A stretch of DNA of 61,894 nucleotides from a virus (lineage: Duplodnaviria > Caudoviricetes). Position numbers and translations under genes: made by a program. The stretch spans positions 1 through 61,894 of IMG/VR virus record IMGVR_UViG_3300044568_000567; one strand, written 5' to 3'. Shown here one piece after another: positions 9,947 through 19,098 of the stretch; position 1 is the first letter of the stretch, and every line of letters begins with the position of its first letter. Below the pieces are notes generated by a model that was not told the DNA's origin, did not search any database, and worked only from the letters and a program-made list of their open reading frames with translations.

Positions 9947-12358
9947 TTATCCTGCGGTTACTGGTTTAGGTGGTGCAGCAACTTGGTTGACTGCGTTATT
10001 TTGTGATGGATTTTGTGTTCCAACTGCTTCTCCCATTGCGGTAGCTTGTGCAGTAGATGGCCTACGTCCACCTCCTCCACCTCCACCACCTGCTGCTGCT
10101 GGAAATAAATCTCCCTCTGAAATTGGTGCTTGTCCTGCCGTCAGGTAATTAATCGCTTCAGAAACTGCCTTTTTGTATTCGGCAATCTGCTTTTTGTCTG
10201 CACCCTTCGCTTCAGCGTTCTGGACGTGTGCGATAAAGTGCTGAACTGCCGATTGTAGGGGTTTAACCATCTCTGGAGGCATCGACCCTGCTGGAGCGGA
10301 AGAAATGAGCGGGAATAGCTTCTCCATGATGGTCTGGATGTGCATGATATCGTTGTCCCGTGGAGAGACTGGAATGTCCTCACCTGAGATAATGCTCTGA
10401 AGTTCGATAATCTGCTGACGAGTTGCCTCGATTGCCACTGCTTCAACCTGATCTTTCGGAAGGATAACTTGGTTGGCAATAGATTCACCCACTTTGCGTG
10501 ACCAATCGAGCTTCATTAGCTCATCTTGGTTGATTTGTGGGTTACCAGTGTACCTCTGGATCAGAAGATCAAGGATTGCAGCGTCTTGACCTTCGGTTTG
10601 TGGCAGAAGTTCCTCTGCTGGAGAGAATGCCATCAACAAAATGTCGCTAGGTGGCAAATTGCGCTCCAACATGGACAAAACGCATGAAACTGCCTCTTCA
10701 TCGAGGTGTCTAGGGATTTCAAATGGCACTAAGAACGATGGAATCTCGGATTGTGCCTGTTCAAATGCCTCTACAACCTCTTTTTTAGCCCACATTGCGT
10801 TTTGGTTCTGTAAACGAGCAAAATCAATCTGTGTTTTTAGCTCACTTGCGGCTTTAACGTGTTCTGGGTGACAGATTCCACGTTGCATACGCTCAACTGC
10901 TTTGGAATATTGCTTTACCCAACGCATCAGGATGCCTTCGCGAATCTGGTTCTCAACGGCAGCAATGCGATTAACCTCGGATGCGGTCTTATCGCCACCC
11001 GTGATGTTCATAACACTGCTTGGCAGGAAAGTTCCCATCTGGATTTCAGCCAATCCAGACATAAATTGATCCAACTTAATGAAATCTTCCACGTCAGCGG
11101 GGATTGCGGACTGAACCACGTCATATCCCTCTGCGACATAGGCAACGGGATGCATTACTTGTAGAGGAGGAATGCCTGTTTTAGCGGTTGGGCCTTTCTT
11201 AAGTAATAGCATCCCGCGCAAATATGAGTTATCGACAATCAGATTTCTCGCTTTGTCAATAGCAATGTGCGTGTTATACAAGTCTCGTCCTGCACCACGG
11301 GAACTCATCAACGCACCAGAACCAATCTCGATAGAGAATAGCGCGATTGTATCCGACATTCTGTTGTACCTATCCAATTGAGTGCAAATCTCATCTCCGC
11401 TTTTATCATCGAACAAATAGCGGGAAATCTTACCAGTTGGTTCTTTGATGAGCAATTCACCTAGCTCAACGTATTTTGCATCGTTTTCGTAGCTTGCACC
11501 ATAGGATCCTTCTCGCGTCCAGTCCTCATAGCGTCGAGCGTCATCGTCAGAATCCAATGTACGTCCCGCTGGTGTTGCGTTGTTGATTGCTTTTACCAAG
11601 TTGTTAATATGCCAACCTGCAAGCGCGGAAAGTCTTGGTTGCTCCAGCACTGGTAGCAATTCAGCAATCTGGTATCGACGCTTCCTTGCCCAAATCGGTG
11701 TTGAATCCGCTTCTTGTGGAGTCTCAATAGAAAAGAAAGTGTAATCTTGTCTTAAGAACTCTGGTTTCCAGTCGCGAACGTCATCCCAGCACACAGCACA
11801 AAAGCCAAATGTTGTATTCTCATGCGTGACCTGAGCTACTAGATCATCGTGACCCTTCCAGCCCCTGATGCACTTTGTGATCTCTTCGCGGAATACCTTA
11901 GTCTTATGTTCCTCGCTTACTCCCTCTAGTGGATACTTGGAATAGGTAAGTGTAGGTGACTGCTCGATTACTTGCTTAAATGGTGGTTGTAAACGACTAA
12001 CCATCGTAGACAGAAACCCAGTTGGGCGATTACTGCGCCAATTCTGACCCATGCTTTCCAGTTTTTTTGCACTATACGGAGGTTCATTATTTAGCTTCTT
12101 CTGAATAAGTTGGTTCTTGCGGTTTCTCTCAACATTCTGTTGTTTGAGTCTGCGATATGCAGAATGCGCTTGCTGGCAGTCTTTAAACGTGCGTTTAACC
12201 TGCAACGTGTCAGGATTAACAACGTCACCCGTAGCGTTATCATCAACAATCTCCAGTTCGGAAACACGTTGCTTGTCCGATGGTTTCATAATCCGCGCAG
12301 CTTTCGATGCGTAGACGTTTGTGACTTCTGCTGGAATTGGTTTGGTGGTATCTGCCAT
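9947..12358 (-). CDS. Portal protein
   Basis: 803 aa downstream of TerL, KTASEV motif, low-complexity C-terminal tail. Confidence 0.8.
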   Translation of the reverse strand: MADTTKPIPAEVTNVYASKAARIMKPSDKQRVSELEIVDDNATGDVVNPDTLQVKRTFKDCQQAHSAYRRLKQQNVERNRKNQLIQKKLNNEPPYSAKKLESMGQNWRSNRPTGFLSTMVSRLQPPFKQVIEQSPTLTYSKYPLEGVSEEHKTKVFREEITKCIRGWKGHDDLVAQVTHENTTFGFCAVCWDDVRDWKPEFLRQDYTFFSIETPQEADSTPIWARKRRYQIAELLPVLEQPRLSALAGWHINNLVKAINNATPAGRTLDSDDDARRYEDWTREGSYGASYENDAKYVELGELLIKEPTGKISRYLFDDKSGDEICTQLDRYNRMSDTIALFSIEIGSGALMSSRGAGRDLYNTHIAIDKARNLIVDNSYLRGMLLLKKGPTAKTGIPPLQVMHPVAYVAEGYDVVQSAIPADVEDFIKLDQFMSGLAEIQMGTFLPSSVMNITGGDKTASEVNRIAAVENQIREGILMRWVKQYSKAVERMQRGICHPEHVKAASELKTQIDFARLQNQNAMWAKKEVVEAFEQAQSEIPSFLVPFEIPRHLDEEAVSCVLSMLERNLPPSDILLMAFSPAEELLPQTEGQDAAILDLLIQRYTGNPQINQDELMKLDWSRKVGESIANQVILPKDQVEAVAIEATRQQIIELQSIISGEDIPVSPRDNDIMHIQTIMEKLFPLISSAPAGSMPPEMVKPLQSAVQHFIAHVQNAEAKGADKKQIAEYKKAVSEAINYLTAGQAPISEGDLFPAAAGGGGGGGGRRPSTAQATAMGEAVGTQNPSQNNAVNQVAAPPKPVTAG

Positions 12359-12359
12359 A

Positions 12360-12941
12360 TTATTTGAGATTTAGCCAGCAATCTACTGGCAAATTGTCTG
12401 AAGGGGAAATGCTGTCTCTGGACATGAAAACTGCGGACTTGTTGTCGTGACGCAGCAACAAGCAACCCCCCAGTGCCTTGGATGTCTTGGTTTCTTTAGC
12501 TTGTCTAATGCTTGCACTTAATCTTTCCGTTGCTTTCACGCAAGCACCACAACCGCTTTTCCACTGGACGTTTTGTTTGCAAGCAAGACAGATTTTTGCG
12601 CGTTGCTCTGCCAGTTCACTGGATACAAGTGCTATCTCTTTTGTAGAATTGATGACATTTTTAGCCCAGATCGTAATGTCATTGAGCAACTCTGTCTTTT
12701 GACTAGGAGTATTCACGGATGTTACAACAACCATATCTACTCCATGACAAAAATTAGGGTTCTTGCTACAGATGTACGAATTGACATCCCCTTCAACGTC
12801 ACCAACTGGCAAATGGTTTTCGGCACGGAAATTCGTGACAACCTGAAGAAGATTGTCATAGCTATGACCAGTTAGTTTCGCATCACCATCGTAGTAATGC
12901 CAACCCCCCGGTGGGATCATTCCAATTATCGGTTTTGCCAT
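12360..12941 (-). CDS. Cys-rich hypothetical protein
   Basis: RAKICLAC...CGAC...GC...CW; between TerL and portal. Confidence 0.7.
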   Translation of the reverse strand: MAKPIIGMIPPGGWHYYDGDAKLTGHSYDNLLQVVTNFRAENHLPVGDVEGDVNSYICSKNPNFCHGVDMVVVTSVNTPSQKTELLNDITIWAKNVINSTKEIALVSSELAEQRAKICLACKQNVQWKSGCGACVKATERLSASIRQAKETKTSKALGGCLLLRHDNKSAVFMSRDSISPSDNLPVDCWLNLK

Positions 12942-12951
12942 GAATTTTTGA

Positions 12952-12980
12952 GTTTTACGTCAGTTTTGTAAGGTTTGCAA
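12952..12980 (-). promoter_or_regulatory. Putative promoter
   Basis: TTGCAA-N17-TAAAAC; -10 box ends 10 nt before the ATG at 12941. Confidence 0.45.
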
Positions 12981-13004
12981 GCAAATTCTTACTTATTTAT
13001 CAAA

Positions 13005-15890
13005 TTAATTGCTGAAATCAACGAATTCATAACTTTCTATTCCAGTATGTTTTTTAGTGAATTCAAACTTTTCTGGTTTCGGTTCGGTCATCGTTGCAAC
13101 AACTCCACCCCGTTGCCTCATTAAATAGACTAGCAGGGACAGGGAATCGAGTGCGTCAGGACTATTTTGGCGAGTCCGTTTTACGAAGTCTCCCTTGCTC
13201 TCGACTCTCACCAACCCCTGCCCCTGCTGTTTGTACCGCCGCGAAGTCGCTTGACGAACTAACTCCTCGGTACGGAAGCTCGGTGAAATTTTTAAATACT
13301 CAAACTCCAGATATTTTGCAAGCCCGAAAATCAGTTCTGTAACAACTCCTGAATACAATTCGTTTGCGCGTTGTGTGTCATCTCCCAAGATATGGGTTTC
13401 TGAACTAGCCCATGAATAATTGACTCCCATGACTTCGCTTCCGTAGAGTGACTTCAACGCATCGTGGATTCCTGCTCCGTTTCCAGTTCGGTCAACACAT
13501 AGCCAATTCGCGCCGATCCTCATCTCCTTTGCAAAGCGGATGATCTCTGCGGTCTGCTCTAGTGTTGCCAATTTCGGGAACTGCATTTGCGAGTCTAATT
13601 GCAAACACGTCTTTGGTTTTTTGAATTCACGGAATTGTCCATCCCTCGGAGTCCAGCCATCACAGAGTCCGTATCGACCAAATGAACAAACAACTTGATC
13701 TCGGCCTTCCAATGCCAAATCGAACGCCGCTAGAGGCACTACAGGGCCAATAAACCGCAAGCTACCCATTGAGTTGTCCATCATTGCTGGGGTTATGATT
13801 GCCATCGATATGCCTTCCTGCGGGAAGAATCCACGGGCCATTGTGTAGTATTCGGCAGTCCTACCTTTACTTTCGTATGCCATGTATCCCTCGTAGGATT
13901 GGAAGCCGGGGAACACGATCTCCTTGTTGGTTACATTCTCGCACCTTGCTGCATCGAGCCTCAAGATATGCCAACCCTCCCTGCTATCCCACTCGAAATC
14001 CTCCTCGCAATCCACACTCTGCCAACCCCGCGAAGGTTCGCACCTCTTACCGAATTCACTATTCCGATCTTTCGGGTTAGACGCTCCGAAAATCTTGATG
14101 CGTCCCTTGGAATCTTTTGTGTCCGCAGCGGACAAGATGTTCTGTAAACCTTCCCAAACACCAGCGGGAACCTCCTCTGCTTCGTCTAGTACAACGTGCG
14201 TCCTACTCATCTGACCCCACTTGGGATCTGGCTTTTGCCTTGGGGAAGGGTGGAACCCGCGCAAAGTACCAGTTCCGCTATCACCTTTGGGAACAGCAAC
14301 TAGATGGATCCCATTTTTGTCATCGTCATTGGCTTGAATTGACTTTACCAAGTCCTCGCTACCTTCGTACTCTGGACGTACCAATGCGGTGCGGTAGAAA
14401 TTTTTAATCGCAGCGAATACGTTTCTCTGCGCGTGTGCCTCGGTAAGCGAAACCACTTTAATACAAGTGTACTCTGGATCTCGCATCCAATCCAACAAGA
14501 ACCACGCGGCAGCATTGAACGTGTTGTGAGTTATTGTAAAATCTGAAAGTAAAAATCTCTTGTCTCCATCCAATACAAATCCATAATATTCACCATCACC
14601 AACTGGAGTAATGTTTATTTTTTTCCCAATAAAAACTTTAACTTTTCTTGCATCACATTTTTTTAACCTGCATGGGATAACAGAACAATCTCCACTGATG
14701 TGTCCTCTGTAATAAGTTCCCCAAACCCCATTATTGACGCAACGCTTTCTGCATTCTTTGACTGTCACATCCAAACCAAGACTTCTGGCAATAAACGCAA
14801 TTGACACTGCAACTTCTTTGTTTTTTTGAATATATCCATACCCCGGCCCTGCCGCATACCCATCTGTATCGATAAAACCAGCAAGAACATTTAAACGAAC
14901 GCTTCTTGAATTTAATTTATAACATTCAGGAATCATTTTTTCATTATCTCTTATCGCAAACGACATTACTTTTTTTATCGTTCCTGCTCCCTTAACGTAA
15001 TAAACGCTTGATTTGTTATTCTTTTGTTCTGTTTTTACAATTTGACATCCCTTTTCTTCCCAGTATTGAATCCACGCATCTCTTATGACATCATCCATTG
15101 TGGTAAGTCCAAGTCTTCCACCCTTTCCATTCCCGTCACCTAACCACAATCCAAAAACATAAGCATCCATTGGAATCACTTGTTCATTAAAATGAACTCC
15201 AGTTGAAAATCCTTTGTATAAACTTTTGAATTGTTTGGATGATTTAAGATATTCTTGCAACCCAATATCAATCACCTTTCCCATTGTATATGTGCTTGAT
15301 ATCGTTTTCCCATCCCCATTCTTTTTGTTTTCAGTGCAAATAAGAGTTAAAATGTGATCGTCTGTAACAGTATATGACTCTCCACGCTCTTGATCTATTC
15401 GATACATTGGAGAAATTCCGCTATGCAAATCAACTACATTTCTTGGATTGCTATCTGGCCCCATTACCTTGTCTCCGATTTTTACATCTTCAACACTTTT
15501 CAATGTACCATCTGACATTATAACTTGCGTTCCTTTTAAAAGGCACTTCCCCATCGCTCCAGCACCCTGTACTAATAGTTTGTCATTCTCAAACAAACAC
15601 CTCCAAGTATCCGCTGCACTCTGTGGCCTCCAGTCATAAACTCCAGATCCCCAAAGAATCGTTGCCGCTGCCTCAAATTGGTCGTGTTTGAGCAGGTGTT
15701 GAACAAAGTTTAGCACAGTCTGCCTAGCCACCTTTTCGTCCAGTGTAACCTGCTTTTTCTGCGAATTCGTCAGATTTGTCAGTATAAACTGAGCGGCATA
15801 GATGACTCCATTGATATCATCCTTCTCCGCTTCCGCTCGCACCCTTGTAGCAATGTTAATTGCCTGTAAAACTGATGGGGGTTTATTCAT
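13005..15890 (-). CDS. terL: Terminase large subunit with intein (about 620 aa spliced)
   Basis: Walker A GAGAMGK|T split by the intein, Walker B VVLDEAE, nuclease AFDLA...VDRTGNG...SPDALDS. Confidence 0.93.
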   Translation of the reverse strand: MNKPPSVLQAINIATRVRAEAEKDDINGVIYAAQFILTNLTNSQKKQVTLDEKVARQTVLNFVQHLLKHDQFEAAATILWGSGVYDWRPQSAADTWRCLFENDKLLVQGAGAMGKCLLKGTQVIMSDGTLKSVEDVKIGDKVMGPDSNPRNVVDLHSGISPMYRIDQERGESYTVTDDHILTLICTENKKNGDGKTISSTYTMGKVIDIGLQEYLKSSKQFKSLYKGFSTGVHFNEQVIPMDAYVFGLWLGDGNGKGGRLGLTTMDDVIRDAWIQYWEEKGCQIVKTEQKNNKSSVYYVKGAGTIKKVMSFAIRDNEKMIPECYKLNSRSVRLNVLAGFIDTDGYAAGPGYGYIQKNKEVAVSIAFIARSLGLDVTVKECRKRCVNNGVWGTYYRGHISGDCSVIPCRLKKCDARKVKVFIGKKINITPVGDGEYYGFVLDGDKRFLLSDFTITHNTFNAAAWFLLDWMRDPEYTCIKVVSLTEAHAQRNVFAAIKNFYRTALVRPEYEGSEDLVKSIQANDDDKNGIHLVAVPKGDSGTGTLRGFHPSPRQKPDPKWGQMSRTHVVLDEAEEVPAGVWEGLQNILSAADTKDSKGRIKIFGASNPKDRNSEFGKRCEPSRGWQSVDCEEDFEWDSREGWHILRLDAARCENVTNKEIVFPGFQSYEGYMAYESKGRTAEYYTMARGFFPQEGISMAIITPAMMDNSMGSLRFIGPVVPLAAFDLALEGRDQVVCSFGRYGLCDGWTPRDGQFREFKKPKTCLQLDSQMQFPKLATLEQTAEIIRFAKEMRIGANWLCVDRTGNGAGIHDALKSLYGSEVMGVNYSWASSETHILGDDTQRANELYSGVVTELIFGLAKYLEFEYLKISPSFRTEELVRQATSRRYKQQGQGLVRVESKGDFVKRTRQNSPDALDSLSLLVYLMRQRGGVVATMTEPKPEKFEFTKKHTGIESYEFVDFSN
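14523..15545 (-). mobile_element. Intein (341 aa) with LAGLIDADG homing endonuclease
   Basis: Starts CLLKGTQVIMSDG, block B VTDDHIL, FGLWLGDG and LAGFIDTDG motifs, ends THN before +1 Thr. Confidence 0.95.
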
Positions 15891-16137
15891 TCACTTTCCA
15901 CCCGTACATCAAATTGAACCAAGCGAACTCCTTCTCCCCAGCCTTCTTACTGCTTCTGAATACTTTGGCAAATCTACTCACAAACCATTTCTTGTAGTCA
16001 CTAAACTCGTCCATGCTCCAGCTTTTTTTAGTGTACCAATCCTCTTGGTGGGTGAATTCTTTGTCGAATCCTTCAAACCCCACTCGCTTGAACATTTCGT
16101 CCAATGCTTCCATCATAAATGTATCTACTTTGCTCAT
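15883..16137 (-). CDS. Hypothetical protein
   Basis: Overlaps the terL start; Trp-rich. Confidence 0.65.
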   Translation of the reverse strand: MSKVDTFMMEALDEMFKRVGFEGFDKEFTHQEDWYTKKSWSMDEFSDYKKWFVSRFAKVFRSSKKAGEKEFAWFNLMYGWKVNE

Positions 16138-16140
16138 ATA

Positions 16141-16380
16141 TTAATCCCAGTATAGTTGTGTTCCCGTTAGCTTTCCGCTCATCATTCGTTCCAAGACTGG
16201 CTCAACGTCCCACGGGTACAATCCTTTCTCATAGCAAGTTTGCATCCCAAAGTATTCATTGAACTTGTCTGCATCTATTCCACTATTTTTCAACGCTTTA
16301 TCTAGCACATCAAACTCAATATGCTCAATTGGGTTCTCAGTAATCACAATGCCAAGTTGATCTAGCCTATTGTATTTCAT
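16141..16380 (-). CDS. Hypothetical protein
   Basis: ATGA coupling. Confidence 0.6.
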   Translation of the reverse strand: MKYNRLDQLGIVITENPIEHIEFDVLDKALKNSGIDADKFNEYFGMQTCYEKGLYPWDVEPVLERMMSGKLTGTQLYWD

Positions 16381-16568
16381 TCCTCATCCTCCTCGTCATC
16401 ATCATCTTCTTCATCCTCGTCAAACATAGAATTCTCAATCAATTCGTGGATCTTGACTTGAAGAATGCCAATCATGCTGGCAAGCGGCAAATCAAACTCC
16501 GCAATATATGTATCAATTAATTTATCGATTTTATTTTGTAGTTCCGTTATCTGTTCTGAGTCTTTCAT
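16377..16568 (-). CDS. Hypothetical protein with acidic tail
   Basis: Tiles the operon. Confidence 0.6.
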   Translation of the reverse strand: MKDSEQITELQNKIDKLIDTYIAEFDLPLASMIGILQVKIHELIENSMFDEDEEDDDDEEDEE

Positions 16569-16712
16569 GTTCCTCCTTTAGTTGGTGAATTTTACCATCT
16601 TTGTTCCAAACTCTTACGTTTCCTAACTCTTCAAACTGGAAATCCCACTCTTCTTTTGTGATGCGCCCATAAGCGTAGTCCTCATTGGATTTCCGCTGGG
16701 CTTCTTCTCTTG

Positions 16713-16958
16713 TCATGTCCAATGATCTAGCGGACACCTCTCCGTGTCCATAACCAATTTTACCTCCATGTTGCATCCGCAAACACCGCACTTTCCCGCC
16801 CCACTGAATGCCGTTGGATCATAGTGAACACACTGGTTGCAGATCATCAACCTCTCCTCGATCTGCTCCTTGTTGCGTATGGGCATACCTGCGCGAACGA
16901 ATGCCGCTGCACTTTTAACAAAGCTAATCGCTTTCTGCGCTATGTTTGGCTCGTTCAT
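16713..16958 (-). CDS. Cys-rich zinc-binding small protein
   Basis: RLMICNQC...CGVCGC...CPLDHW. Confidence 0.7.
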   Translation of the reverse strand: MNEPNIAQKAISFVKSAAAFVRAGMPIRNKEQIEERLMICNQCVHYDPTAFSGAGKCGVCGCNMEVKLVMDTERCPLDHWT

Positions 16959-17176
16959 TTCATTCCAAAGATACTCTTTAATGCATCCACTCCAGTGCTG
17001 GTGCTATGATATGATCTTGGTTCGTCTTTGCCTTCTTCTTCCCCGTCATACATTGCAACATCCCAAGTCGTATCGAATAGCTTACGAAGTCCTTTCGCAG
17101 ACATGGTTACGTTTCCACGTCCGTTGAACGATGGGTTCTTATTGATGTACACTTTCCAGAGTTCTTCTTTTGTCAT
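16955..17176 (-). CDS. Hypothetical protein
   Basis: ATGA coupling at both ends. Confidence 0.65.
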   Translation of the reverse strand: MTKEELWKVYINKNPSFNGRGNVTMSAKGLRKLFDTTWDVAMYDGEEEGKDEPRSYHSTSTGVDALKSIFGMK

Positions 17177-17562
17177 ACGTTTATCAGTGCAATGTTGAAT
17201 TCCGCTGCAAGCATGGTGGTAGATTCATCCGTTGGGTAAGTCTCACGATAGACTATCCTTTTGATCCCATATGATGCAAGCGATTTCAAGCAGTTGTTAC
17301 ATGGCAATGTTGTTGATGCAAGTAGGTAACACTCCAATGGTTTAACGTGGCGCAATGCGTTCTGCTCTGCATGGACAACGTAATTCCTACGTTTTTCCCT
17401 ACAACTCCAGTCTTCCTCCATGTGCGGTGGAAATCCGTTGTACCCACAAGCCGCAACAGTGTTGTCATGCCGCAACAACACAGCACCAACCTGCCTCCAA
17501 GGGTCTTTGCTCTTCTTGGCAACCACTTCCGCTATCGACAATGCATATTCATCCCAGTTCAT
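17173..17562 (-). CDS. dCMP deaminase
   Basis: SKDP..QVGAV, GYNGFP, HAEQNAL, PCNNC. Confidence 0.92.
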   Translation of the reverse strand: MNWDEYALSIAEVVAKKSKDPWRQVGAVLLRHDNTVAACGYNGFPPHMEEDWSCREKRRNYVVHAEQNALRHVKPLECYLLASTTLPCNNCLKSLASYGIKRIVYRETYPTDESTTMLAAEFNIALINV

Positions 17563-17575
17563 ATTTATTTATTAT

Positions 17576-17607
17576 TCACCGCATTATTACCGCATTATTC
17601 ACCGCAT
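17576..17607 (-). repeat. Three tandem ATG-CGG-stop units
   Basis: ATGCGGTGA ATA ATGCGGTAA TA ATGCGGTGA. Confidence 0.8.
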
Positions 17608-17890
17608 ATTCATTCCAATGAAGTCAAGACCTGTTTATCTCACCCATGTGGTCTTCCAACCAGTAGACTGCTTGACCAGAGTCTCTTACCTCGTCTGGAA
17701 AGATACACTCGTCAGATATGATTCCGTTGAGTTGCAGTGCGTTCATTACCTTGGTTGCGTTAAGTCTTTTGTATTCGATGTAGTGTTCCAGAGTGTTCAC
17801 TCGTCAAACCCTTTCATGCCATCGTATACAACATACAGTATAATAGCTGCTAATACGATATAGCCGATAATATATCCCATATATGACACC

Positions 17891-18355
17891 TTATTGGCAG
17901 GACTCGCACTCTGGATCTTCGATGTGACAAGTGCGCTCCACTTTGATATCTGCCAAGTCATCATCGTCCTTTAGCACAACTGGTTCGTCAGCAACCTCCA
18001 GCTTGTCTGCACGGGCGATTGCCGCTGCGTTGCTGTACTGGTGCTGCGGATACCTCTTCGACAACTTCGCTACATTAGCCTCCATGCACTCGTTAATCGT
18101 CAAGCCTAACTCGTTCAACAGACCAGTCAGGTAGAACAGGATGTCTCCTGCTTCTTCAATCACGTTGTTGATGTCTAATTGCTTCTGGTAGACGCAGTGT
18201 TTCTTTACTGTGTCAAGCAGCTCACCCGCTTCGCCGCTGACTCCCACTGCCATGTGGAGGATGGAGGCTTGAAGAGGTGTTAGCTGGACAAGGATGTCAT
18301 GCCCCGGCTTAACGATTGATTGAACGAATTGTTCGTATGGTGTAGTTAATTTCAT
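17891..18355 (-). CDS. MazG-like NTP pyrophosphohydrolase
   Basis: GVSGEAGELLDTVKK...EEAGDILFY...NVAKLSKRYP. Confidence 0.9.
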   Translation of the reverse strand: MKLTTPYEQFVQSIVKPGHDILVQLTPLQASILHMAVGVSGEAGELLDTVKKHCVYQKQLDINNVIEEAGDILFYLTGLLNELGLTINECMEANVAKLSKRYPQHQYSNAAAIARADKLEVADEPVVLKDDDDLADIKVERTCHIEDPECESCQ

Positions 18356-18906
18356 TTTGTATGTATGTTAAAGTATGCCAAGCCGAAACAACCTGATTCA
18401 GCTAGGTGGACTAACTTTCCATCACTACCTATGCTCTCGTCAAGTATCTTTTTAGTTATCATCTGAGGATGCCCATCATGTGGTTCAATGTCAACCCATT
18501 CAAAGATGCGAAGAACCTTTGCCGCTCGTAGTGCGTTGGCAATGATTAGTGCAGGGTCATCTGTATGCTGCAAGCAATTGTAAATCCAACACTCATCGAA
18601 CCCCTCTTCTACCACGTCCTCACCTCGCATCACCAGACACTCAACACCATGCTCATGGTAGCGAGCGTAAGTCCACTGCGGATACTGGAGCGGATCCACT
18701 ACCAATGCCCTGCCAAGTCCTTTTGCCTTTAACAGCATGGACGTTGGGCCACCACCTATGTCGATCACTGACTTGCCTGACAGACTGAATCCGTAGCCAA
18801 CCTGATGCAGTCCCATGAATCTCGCATAGACATAGTGCTTCTGGTCTTCATCGAACGTGTTGCAGCAGTCTCCCCAGTAATCCGATTCAAACGTGTAGTC
18901 ACTCAT
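18352..18906 (-). CDS. Class I SAM-dependent methyltransferase
   Basis: VIDIGGGP, VVDP, FDECWIYNCLQHTDDP; likely start at 18906. Confidence 0.8.
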   Translation of the reverse strand: MSDYTFESDYWGDCCNTFDEDQKHYVYARFMGLHQVGYGFSLSGKSVIDIGGGPTSMLLKAKGLGRALVVDPLQYPQWTYARYHEHGVECLVMRGEDVVEEGFDECWIYNCLQHTDDPALIIANALRAAKVLRIFEWVDIEPHDGHPQMITKKILDESIGSDGKLVHLAESGCFGLAYFNIHTK

Positions 18907-19055
18907 TTCAGTTCCTCCTTCAGTTTCCTGTAGTGTGCAACTGCTTGGGGCCACTGGTCATGCCAACCTGATGACGCTACTAGTCGATCCGCGCAGTCCT
19001 TCCATCTGTCACGCTCCTTGGTTATCTTGTCTATCTCTTCTGTTGTATCGTTCAT
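18903..19055 (-). CDS. 50-aa hypothetical protein (not in ORF track)
   Basis: MNDTTEEIDK...LKEELK; ATGA overlap with the methyltransferase. Confidence 0.6.
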   Translation of the reverse strand: MNDTTEEIDKITKERDRWKDCADRLVASSGWHDQWPQAVAHYRKLKEELK

Positions 19056-19066
19056 ATTGTTTTTGT

Positions 19067-19098
19067 TTGTGACAAATAGTGGGTAGTATTTGTCACAA
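19067..19098. repeat. Perfect 12-8-12 inverted repeat
   Basis: TTGTGACAAATA-gtgggtag-TATTTGTCACAA. Confidence 0.85.
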
